A stretch of 64,000 nucleotides of DNA from a virus. Lineage: Duplodnaviria > Heunggongvirae > Uroviricota > Caudoviricetes. The position numbers were made by a program, and so were the translations under genes. Below are positions 1 through 11,250 of the stretch, piece after piece. Each line of letters starts with the position of its first letter. Positions within the stretch are counted from its first letter, which is position 1. The notes under the pieces are model-generated. The model searched no databases. It had not been told where the DNA came from and worked only from the letters and a program-made list of their open reading frames with translations. The stretch is taken from positions 1 through 64,000 of IMG/VR virus record IMGVR_UViG_3300014205_000001, one strand, 5' to 3'.

Positions 1-136
1 ACTTTTTTGAGAAGTTGACAGTCCAGTTCTTGAATCAGGACGATTTTGTGGATTGGGTCCGGAAAGAAAAAAGAGCAAACTTCTGTCCATAATATACTAC
101 TAAATGTTTAGAGTATATATTATTTAACAGTAAGTC

Positions 137-550
137 TTACTGTAAATCGCGAAGGTTTAATTGTTCTTCGTAATCAGTAATATCAGTTACTACGAACTGA
201 AATTTTATGTTCGTAATATCATGTAAATTTTCGTTTTCTAAATCATAACTGTAACCTGCATATAAAGTTACTTCGTATTCAGATTTATGAAAACAATTAC
301 CCATTTTGTCGTGTACATACAAATTTATAAAATTGATGTTTTTGGCATCATTCATAAATTTTGTCATTGTATCAGTATTCAAATTAACATTCAGTGTTAA
401 AATACCATTTTCAATACCAAATTTAGTAATTTCATCTGTAAAATGAGCTAGTAAATTTTCTGCTGAATGTACTCTAATTTCATACAGATTTTTGTAAACA
501 GGATCGCCTGTAGTATTTGCTGCTTTTGTGTTTGAAAAATGTGGTATCAT
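137..550 (-). CDS. tail-tube-like protein, diverged paralogue of 28617..29180
   Basis: N-terminus MIPHFSN...DPVYKNLYEI matches MVPHFSN...EPVYKALFEI of the 28617 ORF. Confidence 0.5.
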   Translation of the reverse strand: MIPHFSNTKAANTTGDPVYKNLYEIRVHSAENLLAHFTDEITKFGIENGILTLNVNLNTDTMTKFMNDAKNINFINLYVHDKMGNCFHKSEYEVTLYAGYSYDLENENLHDITNIKFQFVVTDITDYEEQLNLRDLQ

Positions 551-552
551 GT

Positions 553-963
553 TTAAAAGTCTTTTAATAGTTGTGTAAGATCAAATTCGTGTATACGATT
601 AATGATCTCATCAGGTGTTTCATCTGCTTCAAATTCATTGTGGAAATATAATAGATTAAAATTGTGGCTTTCGTTTAATAATTCTTTTATGCTAAATAAT
701 TTAGCAAATTTTTTGGTAACATCAAAATTAGGAATATAATAGATGTCTTTTTTCTTTTCAATAGCAAGATTGAATTTTTTAAGAATAAGTATTTTGAACA
801 AATCACTACCTGCTAATTCAGTTTCAGATATATCATTTTCTTCCATCATTTTTTTGATGTCAATGACATATTTGCCTCTGATTTTATTAAGTTTGACATA
901 CTTTGCAAATTTCTTTTGATTTTTACAAAGTACTAAGAAAAAATTTAAAGGTTTAAGAGGCAT
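553..963 (-). CDS. hypothetical protein
   Basis: 136-aa ORF in a tightly packed minus-strand run. Confidence 0.6.
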   Translation of the reverse strand: MPLKPLNFFLVLCKNQKKFAKYVKLNKIRGKYVIDIKKMMEENDISETELAGSDLFKILILKKFNLAIEKKKDIYYIPNFDVTKKFAKLFSIKELLNESHNFNLLYFHNEFEADETPDEIINRIHEFDLTQLLKDF

Positions 964-968
964 AATCC

Positions 969-1364
969 TTATTCAGCTAATAATTTTATTAAATCCGATG
1001 ATATTTTAGATAACAAAGTTTGACCTCCTTCTAAAGTAACATGTGGGATATTTTTAATAATGGAAAAATCTAATTCACCTTCAACTGAAATTTTATTTAA
1101 AGCTTCTGAAAGTTCGGGGATATTAGAATAATGATTCACATAAATTTGTTTTAATTCATTAGTATATTCTAATAAATTCAAATCACTATGACGGTTGTAT
1201 TTTACCATTTTTAAATCAGTTCCCTGATCTTCAATAATAATGTACCATAATTTTTTAGGATTAACTTTAACGTTTTCTAAAAATTTTAAGGCTTTAACAG
1301 CTTTAGTATTGTTGGGGAATTTTGCAATTTTACCCGTGAGTTTTATTCCTTGATTGTCGTCCAT
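969..1364 (-). CDS. hypothetical protein
   Basis: 131-aa ORF preceded by a TAATATATA motif. Confidence 0.65.
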   Translation of the reverse strand: MDDNQGIKLTGKIAKFPNNTKAVKALKFLENVKVNPKKLWYIIIEDQGTDLKMVKYNRHSDLNLLEYTNELKQIYVNHYSNIPELSEALNKISVEGELDFSIIKNIPHVTLEGGQTLLSKISSDLIKLLAE

Positions 1365-1396
1365 TTAATTAAGTTATAGGTTATATATTATCCAAA

Positions 1397-1666
1397 TTAC
1401 TTTCCATGACGATTAAAGTATTTAGTATGTGTATAATAAAATAAATTACGTGTAGGTAAAATAGTTTCCATCAATGTAATCATCATCTTATTCACATCTT
1501 CCAAGAATGTTGCAGTTGTTTCATTTTTATATAATACAGGTGATAAGGATTTAGGTAACATATTCATTTGATAATCATATCCTTGCTCAGGTATAGAAGT
1601 ATCATGTTTATGACGTACTGCATATAATTCAGGAATTTCGTTATATTCTTCAATAAAGTTACTCAT
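1397..1666 (-). CDS. hypothetical protein (possibly baseplate-associated)
   Basis: 89-aa ORF starting 2 nt after the baseplate wedge gene. Confidence 0.55.
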   Translation of the reverse strand: MSNFIEEYNEIPELYAVRHKHDTSIPEQGYDYQMNMLPKSLSPVLYKNETTATFLEDVNKMMITLMETILPTRNLFYYTHTKYFNRHGK

Positions 1667-1668
1667 AA

Positions 1669-3564
1669 TTAGTTAAGTGTCTTACGACGTGTTTTTTCAG
1701 ATAATATTAATACATTCACTGCTGAAAATTTACCACTAGCAGGAGTTAACGAATATTCATTATTATAACGATCTTTAAAACCACCACGTATTAAAGGTAG
1801 TTCTGTTTTATCAATTAAAATATCACCTAAAACATTATCTAACCCTAAAGTTTTTTGATTGTTATAAGTAGTGCCATCACTCATAATAATTTCAGTATCT
1901 TGAGGTTTACGACTATTTAAACGTTGAAATTGATCAGCTTTAATAATAAATTCTTTATGATAATTTTCATTTGCTTCACTAATGAAATCTACTGTTACGG
2001 AATCGACATCACCAATGCCATCTAAAATTCTTACTAAATCAGAAGGTGGAATACGATCGCGACGCATTTGCATAATAAAATAATCAGCAATTTTATTTGT
2101 AATTTCGTTGATTACGTTTGTTTCTACAGCATCGTCATAAATTCTAGTAGTAACATTAATTGCATATTTACGAATCACTGGGTCAATGATTTTCACCTCA
2201 TTTGTAATGACTTGTAAAGCTTCGTTAGATAAATAAGCCAAAATACGACTCTTACCATCTTCATCTAATATGAATTTATCAGTATCTATATTGAAGTAAT
2301 TAATATCAGTATCTTTGCCATAGAAACGACGAATATCAGGTATTAAAAAGATATTAATTAAATTATCACCACCTTCAGTTAATAATAACTTACGCATGAT
2401 TACAATTTCATCTAAATTCTTTTTTACTAATTGTCGTAATGTTGAATTGTTATCAGAATTGTTCATTTTATTCAACATATCTGTATTCTGTTTTGCTAAC
2501 TTGTATAAATCAAGTGTCAAATTAGGATTACTTTTCTTAGATGTATAAACATCAATTACTGCAAATATTTGTAAACGTTGTAAAAAGAATTTATATTGAT
2601 CAGGACCTACTAACACAAAATTAGAACTTACAAAAGGCATGATAGTTTTTAAATAACCTGCTGTATCACCATTAGTACCGTATGTGATTTTAGTATTCAC
2701 ATCAATATCAAAAAATTGATTTGTATCGACATCATCGCCGTAAAAAGTTTTAGGTAAATCAATGAATGTAAATTCATTTAATTGCGGATCGACTAAATTA
2801 CCGTTTTGACCATCAGTTACTAAATATTCAAATGTAATAATTGAACCTAGTGGAGGTGCAAAACCTTCATCTCCATTACCAAATAATAAATCAACACCAC
2901 CAGTAAAGCCTGTTAAAGATACTACTGCTTTTTCATTCGGTAACATATCAAATTTATGTTTCTTGATTTGAATTTGTTCTGAATTAACAAAAACTTTGTA
3001 TTTATAATTATCAATGTCTTTACCTGCGGGTGCAGGTACTACATACGATTGATTACGTTCACCTGAACCTGTAAATGTGATTTGTTTCCAACTACCTTGA
3101 GCTACTTGTAAAATAATTGGATTTGAAGCTGATAATGTATATGTTAGTTCTGAATCATTTAAATTCAAAACATATTCTAAATTGTTTTTCTTATTTTTTA
3201 AACGTTGACGATCAGTAAAAGTTATTTTGCCACCTTTAATTTCTTCTTGAATATTTATACCTGCTTTTAATTTAATTTTAAGACTACCTTCGGCACTTTT
3301 ACTACGTGTAGGATTGTATTGACCAACACGAGACCATGCACGAACTGTTTTTTCATTATTGTTTAACGGATTGTTCATATCCAAACTTTGTTGCACACTT
3401 TGAGTATGTAACATATTCAATTGAAACAATTGTGTTAAGGTACTCAATATCTGTCCAAATGGTGACGCTAAAGTGAAAGAACTATCTGAACGAGAATAGA
3501 CGCTCTTTAACTTAAAGATGATTTGTTGATATAGTTTTTTAAACGTTATCTCCGTTAATTGCAT
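1669..3564 (-). CDS. baseplate wedge subunit, T4 gp6-like
   Basis: 631 aa; GQYNPTRSKSAEG, LLFGNGDEGFAPPLGSIITFEYLVTDGQNGN pattern typical of gp6/baseplate J-like proteins. Confidence 0.8.
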   Translation of the reverse strand: MQLTEITFKKLYQQIIFKLKSVYSRSDSSFTLASPFGQILSTLTQLFQLNMLHTQSVQQSLDMNNPLNNNEKTVRAWSRVGQYNPTRSKSAEGSLKIKLKAGINIQEEIKGGKITFTDRQRLKNKKNNLEYVLNLNDSELTYTLSASNPIILQVAQGSWKQITFTGSGERNQSYVVPAPAGKDIDNYKYKVFVNSEQIQIKKHKFDMLPNEKAVVSLTGFTGGVDLLFGNGDEGFAPPLGSIITFEYLVTDGQNGNLVDPQLNEFTFIDLPKTFYGDDVDTNQFFDIDVNTKITYGTNGDTAGYLKTIMPFVSSNFVLVGPDQYKFFLQRLQIFAVIDVYTSKKSNPNLTLDLYKLAKQNTDMLNKMNNSDNNSTLRQLVKKNLDEIVIMRKLLLTEGGDNLINIFLIPDIRRFYGKDTDINYFNIDTDKFILDEDGKSRILAYLSNEALQVITNEVKIIDPVIRKYAINVTTRIYDDAVETNVINEITNKIADYFIMQMRRDRIPPSDLVRILDGIGDVDSVTVDFISEANENYHKEFIIKADQFQRLNSRKPQDTEIIMSDGTTYNNQKTLGLDNVLGDILIDKTELPLIRGGFKDRYNNEYSLTPASGKFSAVNVLILSEKTRRKTLN

Positions 3565-3589
3565 AGTGATAGTTTTGTTTATTTATATA

Positions 3590-6500
3590 TTATAAGCGAT
3601 CAATTTTTACATTATAACGTTGATCAATTAATGTAATTGGAATATCAGTATCTGACATACGTACGATTGAAATTTTATAACCACGTAAATAAGTAACTTG
3701 CGGTTTCATTTTTAACGTAGCTGTAATATCAATCAATGTTCCTTGTGGTAAAGTTGATACTGAAGTTAATGTATCGTAGTTTGCTAAGAAACTATTACCT
3801 GTAAAGTTAATATTCATTAAAACATCAATTCTGGTAACGGGACGAATATAAAATTTGATTTTAGCATTAGTACCACCATTGTTAATTGTAAAGATACCAC
3901 TGAATGTACCATTTAATAAAGTTTTAGTTGTTAAACCTTTACTATGAATTAATTCAGCAGAAATAATGTTACCACTTGGATTTGTTGTATAACGAACAGT
4001 TACTTCAATATTTGAATCAAATACTGATAATGCTGAAGGTGCACCTGCTGTTGTAATGATTTGTGTTTGAACAACATTAGTTGTCACAGATGAACCATAA
4101 CCTGTACCTGAATCAACAATAGCAACATCAACAATACGATCTCTAACATAAGTGGGAGTTGTTTCAAGTTGATATTGACTTGTTAAATCTAAATAACCTG
4201 AAGCACCATTATTTGGGTCTTCTTTCACATGGAAATCATTTAATAAAATTCGACTGTAGACAGGTAAATTAGTTAAGTCTTCTTCAATAAAAAATGAAAA
4301 TATACGATCAGTAGTATTCGTTTTACTGTATTTCAGATAACGAACATGATATGAAGGCATTTCATTTAAGATGTTACCAAATTCATCAGTTGAAGATGAA
4401 GGTGTAGGTGCAGGATTATTTAATTTTAATACTGGCAATGAAAATGTACCTAACAGCTGTTTTAATGTTGTTGTACCATCATTGTAGTTGATATAAATAT
4501 CTAATTTTTTATCATTAATAGGTTCATTTACTGGATTTACAATAGCAACAATTAAATCATTATTAATTTTAGGAATTACTAAAATATCAATTTTCTGTTT
4601 GAAAAATAAATCTTTTTCGATTACTAAACTTAAATTGTCTAATTTTTTAGTTGTATCATATACAGGACTTGGTACACGATTGTCATTGTTATTAACAACA
4701 ACTAAAAAGTCTTTACCATTAACAACATTAACAGTTTTTTCAGTTACATTAATATCTGTCAGTGTATTTACGTTTGTAAACTCTACAAACATATCTTTTG
4801 TATCGTATTGATATACATAACCATATTGTTTATCGACACTATCAAGACGCAATAAAGGTGGATTAACAGATGTATCAAGACGTGGAATAATTGTATCAGA
4901 ATCACCTATTTGTAATGTTGAGTAAACATTCAGTAGATTTTCTAAGTTACTCATACGCTGACGAATCGTTTCCAAACTTTGTTGATTATTAACCATACTG
5001 GCTAAATCATTTACACGTTGTGTTAAATATAAATTTGAATTGACAAAATTTGTAATTTGATCGTTAAAATATGTAATACGAGTTAAAGCTTCGTAAAATA
5101 ATTCCATTCCAAATAATGAATAAACTTTATCTGGGTCAAAACTTGGAGGTGCAGTATCAGAATCAATTGCGATGTTAGTATCTAATGACCATGTAAATGA
5201 ATTACCATCTTGTAAACCATTTGCAACTAATTTTTGCATGTATGGGATTCTTTCTTCAGGATATACTAAATCGTTTTCAGGATTATCTAAGAAAGTAACT
5301 GAATGTAAATTAGTTGCTGACTTTGTTGTATTACCTGTAACATCTTCAATGGTATAATACCACAGAATTGCGTTGTATTTGAAATCTTTAGGAGCAATAT
5401 TGTTAAATGCTGTTCCACAAAATTCTGCAAAAGATTCGATTGGATAAATATATGAAGATGCTTTTGCGTAATCAGCAATGTTTAAATTTAAAACAGCACC
5501 ATCAATTAATGAACCATCAAATGTTGGATAACGTAAATTATTTAATGTTGAATTATTACTTGCACTATTACCGTAGTAATTACCATGACGACGAATAATG
5601 TCACCTGTTTGTGTTGTGTAATGTGTTGTTGTATCTAAATGTGCCCAAATATCACCCGGATATAAAGATGGGTTAATTAAAATTGGATTATTTGGATTTT
5701 CACCACCTTGAATTTCTAATTGAATTTCAGCAGGTAGAATTGGCCATGATGAATTAGGTTTATAATTGTTATCGTTTTTAATGTTCCACAACGCGTAAGG
5801 GATTTGACCATGTTGATGTGAAATATATGCAAATGTTTCAATGTATGATTTATCAGGAAGTTGTACATTATTTACTCCACCAATTTCACCTACAAATTGT
5901 ACAAAACGTTCATAAGCATTATAGAGTTCTAAATCTGTTACAGTACCAAAATCACCAATTACGACGTCACTGTCAACTTCAACAACGATTTTATCATTTG
6001 TTGTTGAAACAGTTGTTACACCTACAACTTTAATTAATGATGTAGTTGCTGTTGAAGTATCATCATCGATTGCACCAATATTAAGTACAATCCAATCTTG
6101 TGGTTCTAATGTTGTAGAAGCTGATAATGTAATTGAATAATGTATTTTACCACCAGGTAATGCTGGAAGACCACCTAAACCACTGTTTCCCGATACTACA
6201 GCAGTAACATCGTATACAGTATTGCTACGTTCTTTAAATAAATATTCACGATAGTGATTTGTATTTAAATTGGGTCCGTTCATGTTATATTTTGAATCAG
6301 CACCAAAATAATCGTTTGTTGGGTCAGCAGGTTCAAAATCAATGATACCTAATTTCTTTGCCCATTTCCAAAAGATTTTTTCAGTTGTAGTTGCAGGTTC
6401 AAAAGTATCGTAATAGAATGTTGTGGAGTTGATTTTACTGTTACGAATCACTGTTTCATGATTTGCAACATAATTACGTAAAGATTCAACTAAAGCAGGA

Positions 6501-6730
6501 CCTAAACCACCCGCAGGTGCAATAGATGAACCACTTTGTTCAAATGTATCTTCAAAATCTAATACATTTTTTGTTAAGTCTTGTTTAGGAAAGTTAACTA
6601 ATACAAAATGCGAAAGACGCATTTGATAATTATCATTCTGATTTTTAAAATTTTCATCCTCGGCTACTGACGGGAATGTATATAATGTGGTTCCGTTAAC
6701 TTTAAGAGGTTTAAAGGGTGGTGTTAGCAT
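3590..6730 (-). CDS. large virion structural protein (baseplate/tail-associated)
   Basis: 1046 aa, N/T/S-rich with a short coiled coil, next to baseplate gene, TAATATATA motif upstream. Confidence 0.55.
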   Translation of the reverse strand: MLTPPFKPLKVNGTTLYTFPSVAEDENFKNQNDNYQMRLSHFVLVNFPKQDLTKNVLDFEDTFEQSGSSIAPAGGLGPALVESLRNYVANHETVIRNSKINSTTFYYDTFEPATTTEKIFWKWAKKLGIIDFEPADPTNDYFGADSKYNMNGPNLNTNHYREYLFKERSNTVYDVTAVVSGNSGLGGLPALPGGKIHYSITLSASTTLEPQDWIVLNIGAIDDDTSTATTSLIKVVGVTTVSTTNDKIVVEVDSDVVIGDFGTVTDLELYNAYERFVQFVGEIGGVNNVQLPDKSYIETFAYISHQHGQIPYALWNIKNDNNYKPNSSWPILPAEIQLEIQGGENPNNPILINPSLYPGDIWAHLDTTTHYTTQTGDIIRRHGNYYGNSASNNSTLNNLRYPTFDGSLIDGAVLNLNIADYAKASSYIYPIESFAEFCGTAFNNIAPKDFKYNAILWYYTIEDVTGNTTKSATNLHSVTFLDNPENDLVYPEERIPYMQKLVANGLQDGNSFTWSLDTNIAIDSDTAPPSFDPDKVYSLFGMELFYEALTRITYFNDQITNFVNSNLYLTQRVNDLASMVNNQQSLETIRQRMSNLENLLNVYSTLQIGDSDTIIPRLDTSVNPPLLRLDSVDKQYGYVYQYDTKDMFVEFTNVNTLTDINVTEKTVNVVNGKDFLVVVNNNDNRVPSPVYDTTKKLDNLSLVIEKDLFFKQKIDILVIPKINNDLIVAIVNPVNEPINDKKLDIYINYNDGTTTLKQLLGTFSLPVLKLNNPAPTPSSSTDEFGNILNEMPSYHVRYLKYSKTNTTDRIFSFFIEEDLTNLPVYSRILLNDFHVKEDPNNGASGYLDLTSQYQLETTPTYVRDRIVDVAIVDSGTGYGSSVTTNVVQTQIITTAGAPSALSVFDSNIEVTVRYTTNPSGNIISAELIHSKGLTTKTLLNGTFSGIFTINNGGTNAKIKFYIRPVTRIDVLMNINFTGNSFLANYDTLTSVSTLPQGTLIDITATLKMKPQVTYLRGYKISIVRMSDTDIPITLIDQRYNVKIDRL

Positions 6731-6820
6731 CTTATTCGATCGATTTTTTCTAAATTATATATTAAATGGAAGTTTATACGTTACTGGAAGATATATAATT
6801 TAAGAAATAACATCAAACTT

Positions 6821-8323
6821 ATGACATCAATCAATAAACGATTAAAAGACCTATTTTCTGCAATGAAGAAAATTACTGAAGTGTACTACGAAAGTCCTGA
6901 AGGTAAACAATATAGCGACTATGAAATGTGGACATTAGGCGTACAATCTAAATATCCAGGTGCAAGTATTGTACCTGAAGGAGACACTGAAGGTGCTTAT
7001 TCTGGACATACTTCAGTAGGGTACTGGGACCATCAAATTCAAAATGGTATTGTATTTGATTTAAACGTAATTAAAAAAGAATCAATCGATAATGCTACAT
7101 TTCAAGCAACTGACTTTACAGAAGATGAAATTAAAAACATTCAAACAATAATGTCTGAAGCAAAATTAGATTTATCAGGTATTGTAATGTTTGGACAATA
7201 CGCATTAATTAAATTCGAATCAGGTGTTGTAGAATTAGTAAAAAAAGAAGATGCAGAATTTTCTGACTTTAAATCTTTTACAGATTTTAATGACATGATG
7301 AAAAATTTAAAATCTTCAATTCCTGTAGAACAACCTACGTTTGAAAATAACGCTGGTGGTTTTAATATTGAAGGCTTCCTTCAAAATATGGCGCCTTATG
7401 TTAACGACATCAATAGTTTTGTTGATTACGATGCAAATCAAAGTACGTATTTTGTTGTAATTCCTTTTAGTGCTCTTAAATCAAAATTAGAATTTGCAAA
7501 CACACCTGCAACATCAGATAATAAAGATGTTGCAAATAAAATTATAAAAATTGCTGAATTATATCCACGTTGTTTATCATCTCATGTTGAATGGGCAAAA
7601 CAAGAAATACGTTTAGTATTTACAGATAAAACTGCTGTGAAAGAATCTTTATATACTGCAATGTTGTTAGAATTTGTTGAAAAAGATTCAATGCGTATTC
7701 GTGATATCGTAACAAAATCAAATACTGTTACTGCAAATGGAATAACAAGTAATCAAGCTAAACAAATTCAATTAGCATCCAATATGGCTAAATCAATTAC
7801 AGATAAAAACAAAGCTTTTGATCGTGGTCAAGCTGCTGTAAGTATTTTAGGTGCAGATTCTGAAATTGCACAAATATTTTTTAATCGTGCAAAAGAATTA
7901 GGTTATCCTGTAGATTCAGAATTATCAAAACCAGCAAAAATAAAAGTATTGCCCGGAAGTAAATTACCACCTGATCAACAATATAAAAACAAATACAAAG
8001 AACAAAGTTTAGGTCGCCGTAGAGGCATTTCAATTTTACCTTGTGGTAGTTTAAATTTAATTTCAGGTGACAACAAACATTTTAATGTACGCGAAAATGG
8101 TAGTACAATTGAAGTTTGGAATAGTGGTGGAAAATATAAAGCAGTAATTACTGCAGGTACAAGACCAATTCATGAAATTGGTGAACGCGCACAATTTGTA
8201 CATGATCAATCACCATCGCGTGAATTATTTTCAGGTGTAATGGTTGACTATATTATAGCATCATCAATGGAAGAACTTATTCCTTTATATGGTAAATCAA
8301 TGATGTGTTACGTTTATAAATAA
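6821..8323 (+). CDS. hypothetical protein (possible head-associated protein)
   Basis: 500-aa ORF followed by terminator hairpin. Confidence 0.6.
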   Translation: MTSINKRLKDLFSAMKKITEVYYESPEGKQYSDYEMWTLGVQSKYPGASIVPEGDTEGAYSGHTSVGYWDHQIQNGIVFDLNVIKKESIDNATFQATDFTEDEIKNIQTIMSEAKLDLSGIVMFGQYALIKFESGVVELVKKEDAEFSDFKSFTDFNDMMKNLKSSIPVEQPTFENNAGGFNIEGFLQNMAPYVNDINSFVDYDANQSTYFVVIPFSALKSKLEFANTPATSDNKDVANKIIKIAELYPRCLSSHVEWAKQEIRLVFTDKTAVKESLYTAMLLEFVEKDSMRIRDIVTKSNTVTANGITSNQAKQIQLASNMAKSITDKNKAFDRGQAAVSILGADSEIAQIFFNRAKELGYPVDSELSKPAKIKVLPGSKLPPDQQYKNKYKEQSLGRRRGISILPCGSLNLISGDNKHFNVRENGSTIEVWNSGGKYKAVITAGTRPIHEIGERAQFVHDQSPSRELFSGVMVDYIIASSMEELIPLYGKSMMCYVYK

Positions 8324-8351
8324 TTATGAACACATCTATTAACATTGCTTC

Positions 8352-8378
8352 AACCCCTGATTAAATCAGGGGTTTTTA
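8352..8378 (+). terminator. intrinsic terminator
   Basis: AACCCCTGA-TTAAA-TCAGGGGTT followed by T run. Confidence 0.85.
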
Positions 8379-8467
8379 GTTAGTAAGATATGAACAAAAT
8401 AAAGTTAAATGTTATTGCGTTGATTATCAAACAGTTAACTAAGTTACATTTTTAAGTTACATTAAAA

Positions 8468-8827
8468 ATGATTATATTTATAGTAAATTATTCGACTATG
8501 AAAAAAGAAATTTATGTCATCACTTCATTAGGTACTGCAATTTTTGATTTGCCTGATAATACTATTATTTCAGTTGAAAAAGATTTTCCTATTAATTCAC
8601 GTCATTGGGAAAAATGCAAATTGTTTGAATTTGTTGAAGAAAAACTTGATCGTTTGGACAAACATGATATTATCAAACGTAATACTCGTTGGATTGCAAA
8701 AGAAACTGAAACACCGATTATCACCTCCATTAATGGTCCTTACATTAATCAAGGTAATTTTATTATTCCTAATTATAAGGAAGTCGTTTTAGAATATAAA
8801 CTTAAAATCGAAAAACCAAATGAATAA
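8468..8827 (+). CDS. hypothetical protein (start probably at MKKEIY)
   Basis: first ORF after TTGATTATCAA element and TATATTTATA promoter-like motif. Confidence 0.55.
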   Translation: MIIFIVNYSTMKKEIYVITSLGTAIFDLPDNTIISVEKDFPINSRHWEKCKLFEFVEEKLDRLDKHDIIKRNTRWIAKETETPIITSINGPYINQGNFIIPNYKEVVLEYKLKIEKPNE

Positions 8828-9149
8828 ATTAGTGATTTACGGCTTTATCGGCCTCGCATGTTACCTTACATATACTATTGGTGGTCAAGCAAATGATTTT
8901 CACAAAAGTAAAGGTAAACAAGACTTTGACAAAATTATCAAAGTTGAAAGTAAGGATATTTCCGAATGTACAATAGCAACTAACGAGGATGTTGTTTTTC
9001 ATCCTAAAGATTTGGAAATGTATTCAGAAATGGAACAGGGTTGTACTTATAAAATTTGGACCAACGGTACCAGTAAAATAAATTCAATTGAACACGTAAT
9101 TGATGACGGTTGTCAAGCATATCTACCTGATTCAGCACATAAATTTTAA
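8820..9149 (+). CDS. hypothetical membrane-anchored protein
   Basis: hydrophobic N-terminus LVIYGFIGLACYLTY. Confidence 0.55.
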   Translation: MNKLVIYGFIGLACYLTYTIGGQANDFHKSKGKQDFDKIIKVESKDISECTIATNEDVVFHPKDLEMYSEMEQGCTYKIWTNGTSKINSIEHVIDDGCQAYLPDSAHKF

Positions 9150-9152
9150 ATT

Positions 9153-9491
9153 ATGATAACAGACGGACACATTGGGTACAAAAAACTGGAATATGTTTTA
9201 GAACTCATTAAACAAAAGAAAAAATTTGGTATTTATACTACTCATAAAAATACACAAATTATTATACTTGATACAATTGAGTCACAATTAGAAATGTATC
9301 AACCAAAATACGATCGTTTACCTTGGAAAATTCTTGAAGGTAAAAGAATTGCTACATGTAAATTAATTTTTAATTCAGAAATTGACGAAGTATCAAAAAT
9401 TGATACTTCTAAATGGAATAACAAAAATCAAATATTAATTTACGAACCTTATAATTACGGTCGTCATTATTCATCTTCAACATCATGGTAA
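9153..9491 (+). CDS. hypothetical protein
   Basis: 112-aa ORF in operon-like run. Confidence 0.55.
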   Translation: MITDGHIGYKKLEYVLELIKQKKKFGIYTTHKNTQIIILDTIESQLEMYQPKYDRLPWKILEGKRIATCKLIFNSEIDEVSKIDTSKWNNKNQILIYEPYNYGRHYSSSTSW

Positions 9492-9618
9492 AAATAATAA
9501 TTATATGTGTAATGATAACTTCATGGTTAATTGCACTCACATCGACCAAATGGTCAAAAAAAGCATTTAATATTGCTATGTTAACAGCAGGTATAATTAC
9601 GTATTTAACAATAATGTT

Positions 9619-10269
9619 TTGTTTTATTTTATGAAAAAAAATCCACGCAAAGAAATTTACACAATCGAGGCAGTATTAAAACATGTACGTCCACACATTC
9701 CACGTGAACCTAATTTAGTTATCTTCGATGGTGACGAAATTGACATGGAGTCACAGCGATACATACTGTTTAAACGTGATGGTTGCAAATGTATCAAATG
9801 TAACCTTGAAGGTGCATATTTTGCCAAAGAAAAAAGTAAAGGGCAAGAAGATTGCAAACGTTGGCATTTTAATTTGTATGGTGTAAAGGACGGTAAAGAA
9901 GTTTTATTCACCAAAGATCATATTCAACCACGCGCAAGTGGTGGTAAAGATACAATGGATAATTATCAAGTGATGTGTAGTATATGTAATAGCCAAAAAC
10001 GAAACATCACCAATGAAATTTTTATGGGTATAAATTTTCTACCTACAACTAATTCTAAAATATCAGAAACAGAAGTTCAGGTTGTTCTTAATCAAAAGGA
10101 TATTATGAACTTAATCACTGCAATACGACCTTCATTGGAACATCAGCAGTATTTAAAATTCAAATGTTTAGGTGAAGAAATTTTAGAAATTTGGAATTGG
10201 AATATCGTAACACTTTCTGTGTTAGATTTATTAGACCTCTGGGTCTTGTACAATCGAATTAAATCTTAA
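9619..10269 (+). CDS. HNH endonuclease family protein
   Basis: CIKC ... TKDHIQPRASGGKDTMDNYQVMCSICNSQK motif. Confidence 0.85.
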   Translation: MFYFMKKNPRKEIYTIEAVLKHVRPHIPREPNLVIFDGDEIDMESQRYILFKRDGCKCIKCNLEGAYFAKEKSKGQEDCKRWHFNLYGVKDGKEVLFTKDHIQPRASGGKDTMDNYQVMCSICNSQKRNITNEIFMGINFLPTTNSKISETEVQVVLNQKDIMNLITAIRPSLEHQQYLKFKCLGEEILEIWNWNIVTLSVLDLLDLWVLYNRIKS

Positions 10270-10273
10270 AAGA

Positions 10274-10300
10274 AAAGGACCAAATAAATTGGTCCTTTTT
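10274..10300. terminator. bidirectional intrinsic terminator between convergent genes
   Basis: AAAAGGACCAA-ATAAA-TTGGTCCTTTT. Confidence 0.85.
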
Positions 10301-10302
10301 AG

Positions 10303-11250
10303 TTAATTCTGTGATCTTGTGTAAGCTTTTAATATGTGTTCGTTTTTATCGTCACCTTTCACATAGTGTTTATAAAATTTTTCTAAATCTTTATCCTGAT
10401 CTTCTGTTGCTGTTTCATGAAACGTGAATTTATAAAATGGATCGTTTTCAATAAACCAAATCAGTGCGGATTTATCGTATTCAGGTTGATCTTCAAGAGG
10501 TTGTTCTGATTGTGAACTTAATTCATTTCCTTGAGTTAATTTTGTAGCATCTTCTAAAGGTAAGTGTTGTGTTAATTTAGGATTAAGTAAATCTTCAACA
10601 TCACATGGAAATTGATGTGCTTCACCTAATACTTCAAATTTGTCATCAGGTAATATTGGAGTAGTTTCGCCATTATCCCATTTCACTGAAATAATATCTG
10701 CTTCTTCATCGTGTTTAATAATCGTACCTTCAGTACCTGCAGCGATGTTTTCTACGTTTTCTTTAATTGCAATTAATTTGATTTTTTTACCTTCTAATTT
10801 AGGCATCGGTGGATTTAAATGAAGCAATGCTTTTATTTTTTTCCAAAGTTCACCATTAATAGTTGCTGTATCAATGATACGACCATTTAATTTTACTTCG
10901 ACACTTAACGCATCTTCAATGGATAATGTTTCCATTACGGAATCAATTTTGTAACCTAATAGAGTCGCTTTTTCTTTGAATTTAGCAGCAATTTCATTAT
11001 AACCTAATTGTTCTAATGCGTTTGCTTTAATCCATGTTCCTACAGGGTCTTTTGACGCTCCAAGTTCTTTTTCGAAAGCTATTAACATTTCAGCTTCAGG
11101 GGCAAGAGGATGTTTTGTAACAATCTTAGTAATTAGTTTATGGAAATGTTCGACTTCACTTTGTAAGTCATTTCCTATCTTTTTAAAAGGTGATTTTGAC
11201 AATTCTTTGCCAGTTGTGCCTTTATCTGGGCCTAAATTTGGTTTTTTCAT
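10303..11250 (-). CDS. hypothetical protein with SH3-like (DUF4314-like) segment
   Basis: AGTEGTIIKHDEEADIISVKWDNG motif. Confidence 0.5.
   Translation of the reverse strand: MKKPNLGPDKGTTGKELSKSPFKKIGNDLQSEVEHFHKLITKIVTKHPLAPEAEMLIAFEKELGASKDPVGTWIKANALEQLGYNEIAAKFKEKATLLGYKIDSVMETLSIEDALSVEVKLNGRIIDTATINGELWKKIKALLHLNPPMPKLEGKKIKLIAIKENVENIAAGTEGTIIKHDEEADIISVKWDNGETTPILPDDKFEVLGEAHQFPCDVEDLLNPKLTQHLPLEDATKLTQGNELSSQSEQPLEDQPEYDKSALIWFIENDPFYKFTFHETATEDQDKDLEKFYKHYVKGDDKNEHILKAYTRSQN

Noticed and set aside
4599-6033. Short ORFs inside the 1046-aa gene (and similar ones inside the LRR, primase and ATPase genes)
   Set aside because: Antisense or out-of-frame shadows with no motifs.
10274-10300. 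Fourth attenuator, because the hairpin nearly matches the one at 26966
   Set aside because: It sits between two convergent genes with no leader ORF or tRNA, so it is an ordinary bidirectional terminator.
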